Below are positions 58,292-58,493 of a stretch of DNA of 58,493 nucleotides, piece by piece. Origin of the DNA: a virus (Duplodnaviria > Caudoviricetes). Each line of letters begins with the position of its first letter. The stretch's first letter is position 1. The notes under the pieces were generated by a model that had not been told where the DNA came from, did not search any database, and was given only the letters and a program-made list of their open reading frames with translations. The position numbers were made by a program, and so were the translations under genes. The stretch is from positions 1 through 58,493 of the IMG/VR virus record IMGVR_UViG_3300043449_000801. One strand, written 5' to 3'.

Positions 58292-58493
58292 TTAGTCCAG
58301 AAGAAAAAGCAAAAAAAATATTTGATTATTATTATTTCTTTATGCGTAATAACAAAGATAGAAGGTATTTATCTATACAATGCGCATTAATTGCAGTTGA
58401 TGAATGTATTGAATCAACAAAACAATTAATACATCATTACATAAAATCAGATGAAAGTAGATACTCTGATATATATTTATCGATGTCTATATC
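58288..58493 (+). CDS. Hypothetical protein running off the window end (SPEEKA-type N-terminus)
   Basis: MISPEEKAKKIFDYY...QCALIAVDECI; ATGA overlap with thyX. Confidence 0.6.
   Translation, partial: MISPEEKAKKIFDYYYFFMRNNKDRRYLSIQCALIAVDECIESTKQLIHHYIKSDESRYSDIYLSMSI

Noticed and set aside
1-58493. Stop-codon reassignment as in some crAss-like phages
   Set aside because: Long genes are intact in the standard code; TAG and TGA both end genes; no suppressor tRNA seen

Overview
This window looks like most or all of a ~58 kb tailed dsDNA phage genome, probably podovirus-like, infecting a Bacteroidota (Flavobacteria-like) host. The host is inferred from TAnnTTTG promoters, A-rich translation starts without Shine-Dalgarno motifs, a DUF3127 SSB and a BT4734-like primase. 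Layout: (+) 1-10.0 kb replication and nucleotide metabolism (exonuclease, SSB, primase-helicase, C5 methyltransferase, SF2 helicase, VRR-NUC-like nuclease, metallophosphoesterase); (-) 10.0-51.4 kb late block (ejection proteins including a 2988 aa giant, tail, capsid, portal, terminase, lysis, tail fibre, GroEL/GroES); 51.4-52.7 kb non-coding control region, possibly containing the genome terminus; (+) 52.7-58.5 kb early/middle genes. No DNA polymerase, integrase, tRNA or CRISPR array was recognised. The most notable signals are: (1) a glycosyltransferase resembling plant peptidyl O-glycosyltransferases (GT95/GT96), directly after a virion protein with four mucin-like poly-Thr tracts, both inserted within a split tail gene, which suggests a phage-encoded virion O-glycosylation system; (2) two covarying type I hammerhead ribozymes between early genes, each leaving a 22-nt leader; (3) two inverted copies of an origin-like iteron element; (4) two candidate small RNAs antisense to translation-start sequences; (5) several apparently leaderless late promoters. 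All protein calls are by eye from motifs and synteny; no database search was run.
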